From the NCBI GenBank assembly GCA_963976765.1, contig CAXBME010000001.1, forward strand, positions 434,001 to 498,000: DNA of 64,000 bases, read 5' to 3'. The DNA comes from an uncultured Planctomycetaceae bacterium. GTDB taxonomy: Bacteria > Planctomycetota > Planctomycetia > Planctomycetales > Planctomycetaceae. This document shows, one piece after another, positions 61,141 to 64,000 of the stretch (position 1 is its first letter; each line of letters opens with the position of its first letter). A program made the translations under genes and the position numbers. The notes beneath the pieces were generated by a model, which saw only the letters and a program-made list of their open reading frames with translations, was not told the DNA's origin and ran no database searches.

Positions 61141-63824
61141 AGCTGTTTAACGTGAGCTTTCAGGGCCGTCGCGGTGTGTCCGTCATTGGGGAGCGCAATC
61201 AGATCCTGCGGCGTGCCGGTGGCAACAGTCTGGCCGCCGGCTTCTCCGCCTTCCGGGCCGAGGTCAATGATCCAGTCGGAAGCAGCGATGACGTCGAGGT
61301 GATGCTCGACGACCAGCACGCTGTTGCCGTGTTCGAGCAACCGTCTGAAGAGAGCGATCAGACGGGCGACGTCGGCAGGGTGTAGTCCGGTTGTTGGTTC
61401 ATCGAGGACGTATAGAACTTTCTGCTCGCCACCTTTGCCGAGTTCCGCGGCCAGTTTAATTCGCTGAGCTTCTCCGCCAGAAAGTGTCAACGCGGACTGG
61501 CCGAGTTCCAGGTATCCGAGCCCGACGTCGCACAAAACCTCAAGCGTTGACTTTAACTTTGGAAAGTCCTTGAAGAACTCGCGAGCTTCGTCGATGCGCA
61601 TGCTCAAAACATCGCCGACGCTGTGACCTCGATACTTCACGGCCAGTGTCTGAGTGTTAAATCGGGAGCCGCGACAGTCCGGACATTCGATGTGCACATC
61701 CGGGAGAAAGTTCATTTCGATGCGTTGAGTCCCTCGCCCTTCGCACTTCGGGCAGCGGCCATCTTTTGCGTTGAAGCTGAAACGCTTCGCCTTGAAGCCT
61801 CGTACGCGAGCGTCACGAGTCTTCGCAAAGACCTTGCGGATTTCATCCCACATACCTGTATGAGTTGCCGGGTTTGAACGACCGGATCGACCGATTGGCG
61901 ACTGATCGACGACGACCAGGCGATCTATATGCTCGGTCCCGGAAATACGACGGCAGGCAATGTCGAGCTGCGTCAAATCGGTTGCCAGTGGTGTCTCGTC
62001 TTTTGATGTTTTCGGTGAGCCACGCCACGATTCGTTGATCGCGTGCCGGGCTGCGGGAATCAGCGAGTGAGTAATCAGCGACGACTTTCCACAGCCGCTG
62101 ACACCCGTCACCGCTGTTAAAACTCCAAGTGGAATTTCGACGGAAACATCTTTGAGGTTGTGGCGACATGCTCCTTCGAGTCGAAGACTTCGCTCGAAGC
62201 TACCAGTTTCAGATTCCGCCTGCCGCTTTGAATCGCGGGTGTTGCCGGCAGTGGCACCCAGTGCCAACGCGGTGGGGGAATCGCCCGTGATTTCATCAGA
62301 CGGCCCGGACCAGATGATCGATCCACCTTCCTTTCCGGCTCCTGGACCAAGATCGACCAGCCACTCGGATGCTCGCATCAGGTCGACGTCGTGCTCGACG
62401 ACAAGGACGCTGTTGCCACGATCCCGCAGATCTTTCAGGACGTCGATCATACGACTCGTATCGCGGGAATGCAGCCCGATGGTCGGTTCGTCCAGCACGT
62501 AGCAGATGCCGATCAGACCGGAACCCAGACTGCTGGCCAGACGCGCTCGCTGAAACTCTCCGCCGGAAAGAGTCGGTGTCGGTCGATCGAGCGTTAAATA
62601 GTCAACGCCGACTCGGAGCAGGAATTCCAGCCGGGATGCCACTTCCGGGAGGATACTCTGTGCGGCCTGAGCCGCCTCGGGAGCGATATCTAATCTGATT
62701 TTCCGAACAAACTCGTCGGCTTCAGCAACGCTCATCGCCGTCAGTTCATGCAGCGTTGTTTCGGCGAACGTGACTGCGCGTGAGACGGGGGCGAGTCTTG
62801 CTCCGTGACACGAATCGCAAAGTGGCTGCCGTGTCAGCTCAACTCGCAATCGGTTCGGCTTCGCCTGAACTTCCGGAGAAACTTTGCGACCGAGACCTCG
62901 GCACGCCGAACACGCACCGTACGGACTGTTGAAACTGAATGAGCGGGGTTCCAGCGGAGGGAAGCTCGTGCCGCAGTCTGGACAGCAGTATCGACTGCTG
63001 AAGAGTTGATCGTGCCACCCTTCATCGGTCTGTTCGCAAACGAGGCAGGAGCCATCGCCATGTTTCAACGAGAGTTCGACAGACTCGCGCAGACGCTCTT
63101 CGATGCCTTCCTTCACGATGATTCGATCGACGACGGCTTCGATCGTGTGAGACTCTCCGCGAGAAAGGTCCGGCGGATCGCCTGCGTCGACAATTTCACC
63201 ATCGACTCGGGCACGGACAAATCCCGCCTTGCAGATTTTCTCGAAAACGTCGCGGTGAGCCCCTTTTCGACCAACAACCAGCGGGGCGAGAATCATCACT
63301 TTGCGGCGTTCGCCGAGTGCCAGAATTCGCTCAACAATTGTGGCGACACTCTGTTGAGAAACCGGCACGTTGCAGTCAGGGCAGTGTGCCTGTCCGGCGC
63401 GTGCATAGAGCAGTCTTAAGTAGTCATAGATTTCGGTCGTCGTGGCCAGCGTGCTGCGAATTCGCGCCGAGCCAACTCGCTGGTCAACACAGATCGTCGG
63501 CGGCAGGCCGGTCACCGAATCGACATCCGGGCGTTCGAGTTGCGTGAGGTGCTGGCGAGTTCTGGCGGAAAGGCATTCCAGGTAGCGACGCTGACCTTCG
63601 GCGAAGAGTGTGTCGAAAGCGAGCGAACTTTTTCCGCTGCCGCTGACACCGGTGATCACGACCAGTTTGTCGCGTGGGATGTCGACGTCGATGTTCTGCA
63701 GGTTGTGGACCCGCGCGCCGCGAACACGAATCCAGTCGCCGGTGGCCGGATTTGCGACGACTTCTGAAGAGGTCGGCACGGGTTGCGAAAGACTATTCGA
63801 CATGCGACTCGTGAATCTGCTCAA
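61137..63824 (-). CDS. uvrA: Excinuclease ABC subunit A paralogue lacking the insertion domain
   Basis: Two ABC cassettes ([51 protein letters not shown]) and Zn-binding Cys pairs; start may be 63803. Confidence 0.93.
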   Translation of the reverse strand: MSRFTSRMSNSLSQPVPTSSEVVANPATGDWIRVRGARVHNLQNIDVDIPRDKLVVITGVSGSGKSSLAFDTLFAEGQRRYLECLSARTRQHLTQLERPDVDSVTGLPPTICVDQRVGSARIRSTLATTTEIYDYLRLLYARAGQAHCPDCNVPVSQQSVATIVERILALGERRKVMILAPLVVGRKGAHRDVFEKICKAGFVRARVDGEIVDAGDPPDLSRGESHTIEAVVDRIIVKEGIEERLRESVELSLKHGDGSCLVCEQTDEGWHDQLFSSRYCCPDCGTSFPPLEPRSFSFNSPYGACSACRGLGRKVSPEVQAKPNRLRVELTRQPLCDSCHGARLAPVSRAVTFAETTLHELTAMSVAEADEFVRKIRLDIAPEAAQAAQSILPEVASRLEFLLRVGVDYLTLDRPTPTLSGGEFQRARLASSLGSGLIGICYVLDEPTIGLHSRDTSRMIDVLKDLRDRGNSVLVVEHDVDLMRASEWLVDLGPGAGKEGGSIIWSGPSDEITGDSPTALALGATAGNTRDSKRQAESETGSFERSLRLEGACRHNLKDVSVEIPLGVLTAVTGVSGCGKSSLITHSLIPAARHAINESWRGSPKTSKDETPLATDLTQLDIACRRISGTEHIDRLVVVDQSPIGRSGRSNPATHTGMWDEIRKVFAKTRDARVRGFKAKRFSFNAKDGRCPKCEGRGTQRIEMNFLPDVHIECPDCRGSRFNTQTLAVKYRGHSVGDVLSMRIDEAREFFKDFPKLKSTLEVLCDVGLGYLELGQSALTLSGGEAQRIKLAAELGKGGEQKVLYVLDEPTTGLHPADVARLIALFRRLLEHGNSVLVVEHHLDVIAASDWIIDLGPEGGEAGGQTVATGTPQDLIALPNDGHTATALKAHVKQL

Positions 63825-63868
63825 GGGACGTATTTAGAGTACGCTCTGGATGACGCCTCAAAATCTGA

Positions 63869-63923
63869 GCCATAGAGAGCACAGAGAAAAGTTCTTACCG
63901 AACAACTCCGTGTTCTCTGCGGC
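63869..63923. repeat. Imperfect intergenic palindrome (MITE/REP-like)
   Basis: gccatagagagcacagag ... ctccgtgttctctgcggc, 14/18 match, mismatches mostly G-U compatible. Confidence 0.45.
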
Positions 63924-64000
63924 AAAAACTCCACGAGCCCGAGATTGATTTCCGCCCGACGGATTCCTATCCGTCGCTGGCTGATTCGGAATGCTGGATT

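Overview
A 64-kb bacterial chromosomal window, very probably from a planctomycete (Planctomycetaceae-like): it has a DUF1559 prepilin-like gene, a DUF1592/DUF1552 pair, an ECF sigma plus WD40 Ser/Thr kinase, and a LEPR-XLL-type extracellular protein. The left part holds a DUF885 protein, rpsA, a sigma-70 factor, Zn-ribbon membrane proteins, a radical SAM enzyme, bioD and a GntR(YtrA)/ABC operon. The centre (about 28.8-49.3 kb) is a microaerobic/nitrate respiration island. It contains a divergent cbb3-type oxidase operon without canonical ccoP, a cupredoxin-like lipoprotein, DUF4405, an orphan REC-ANTAR regulator and a globin. It also contains an unusual nap operon in which a tetrahaem cytochrome/NrfC-like/NrfD-like module stands in place of NapC/NapGH, and NapB is a tandem tetrahaem. 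Three sigma-54-type promoter motifs precede units of this island. The right part holds an esterase, DUF1592, DUF1552, a hypothetical protein, a DUF4011 SF1 helicase-nuclease (Hhe-like) and a UvrA lacking its insertion domain. The two best candidates for an under-described system are the NrfCD-coupled Nap complex and a His-rich CxxC...RAPP (DUF2946/CruR-like) upstream ORF with an attenuator-like hairpin in front of the DUF1559 gene. All calls come from reading motifs by eye; no database searches were run. I recognised no rRNA, tRNA, CRISPR array or transposase.
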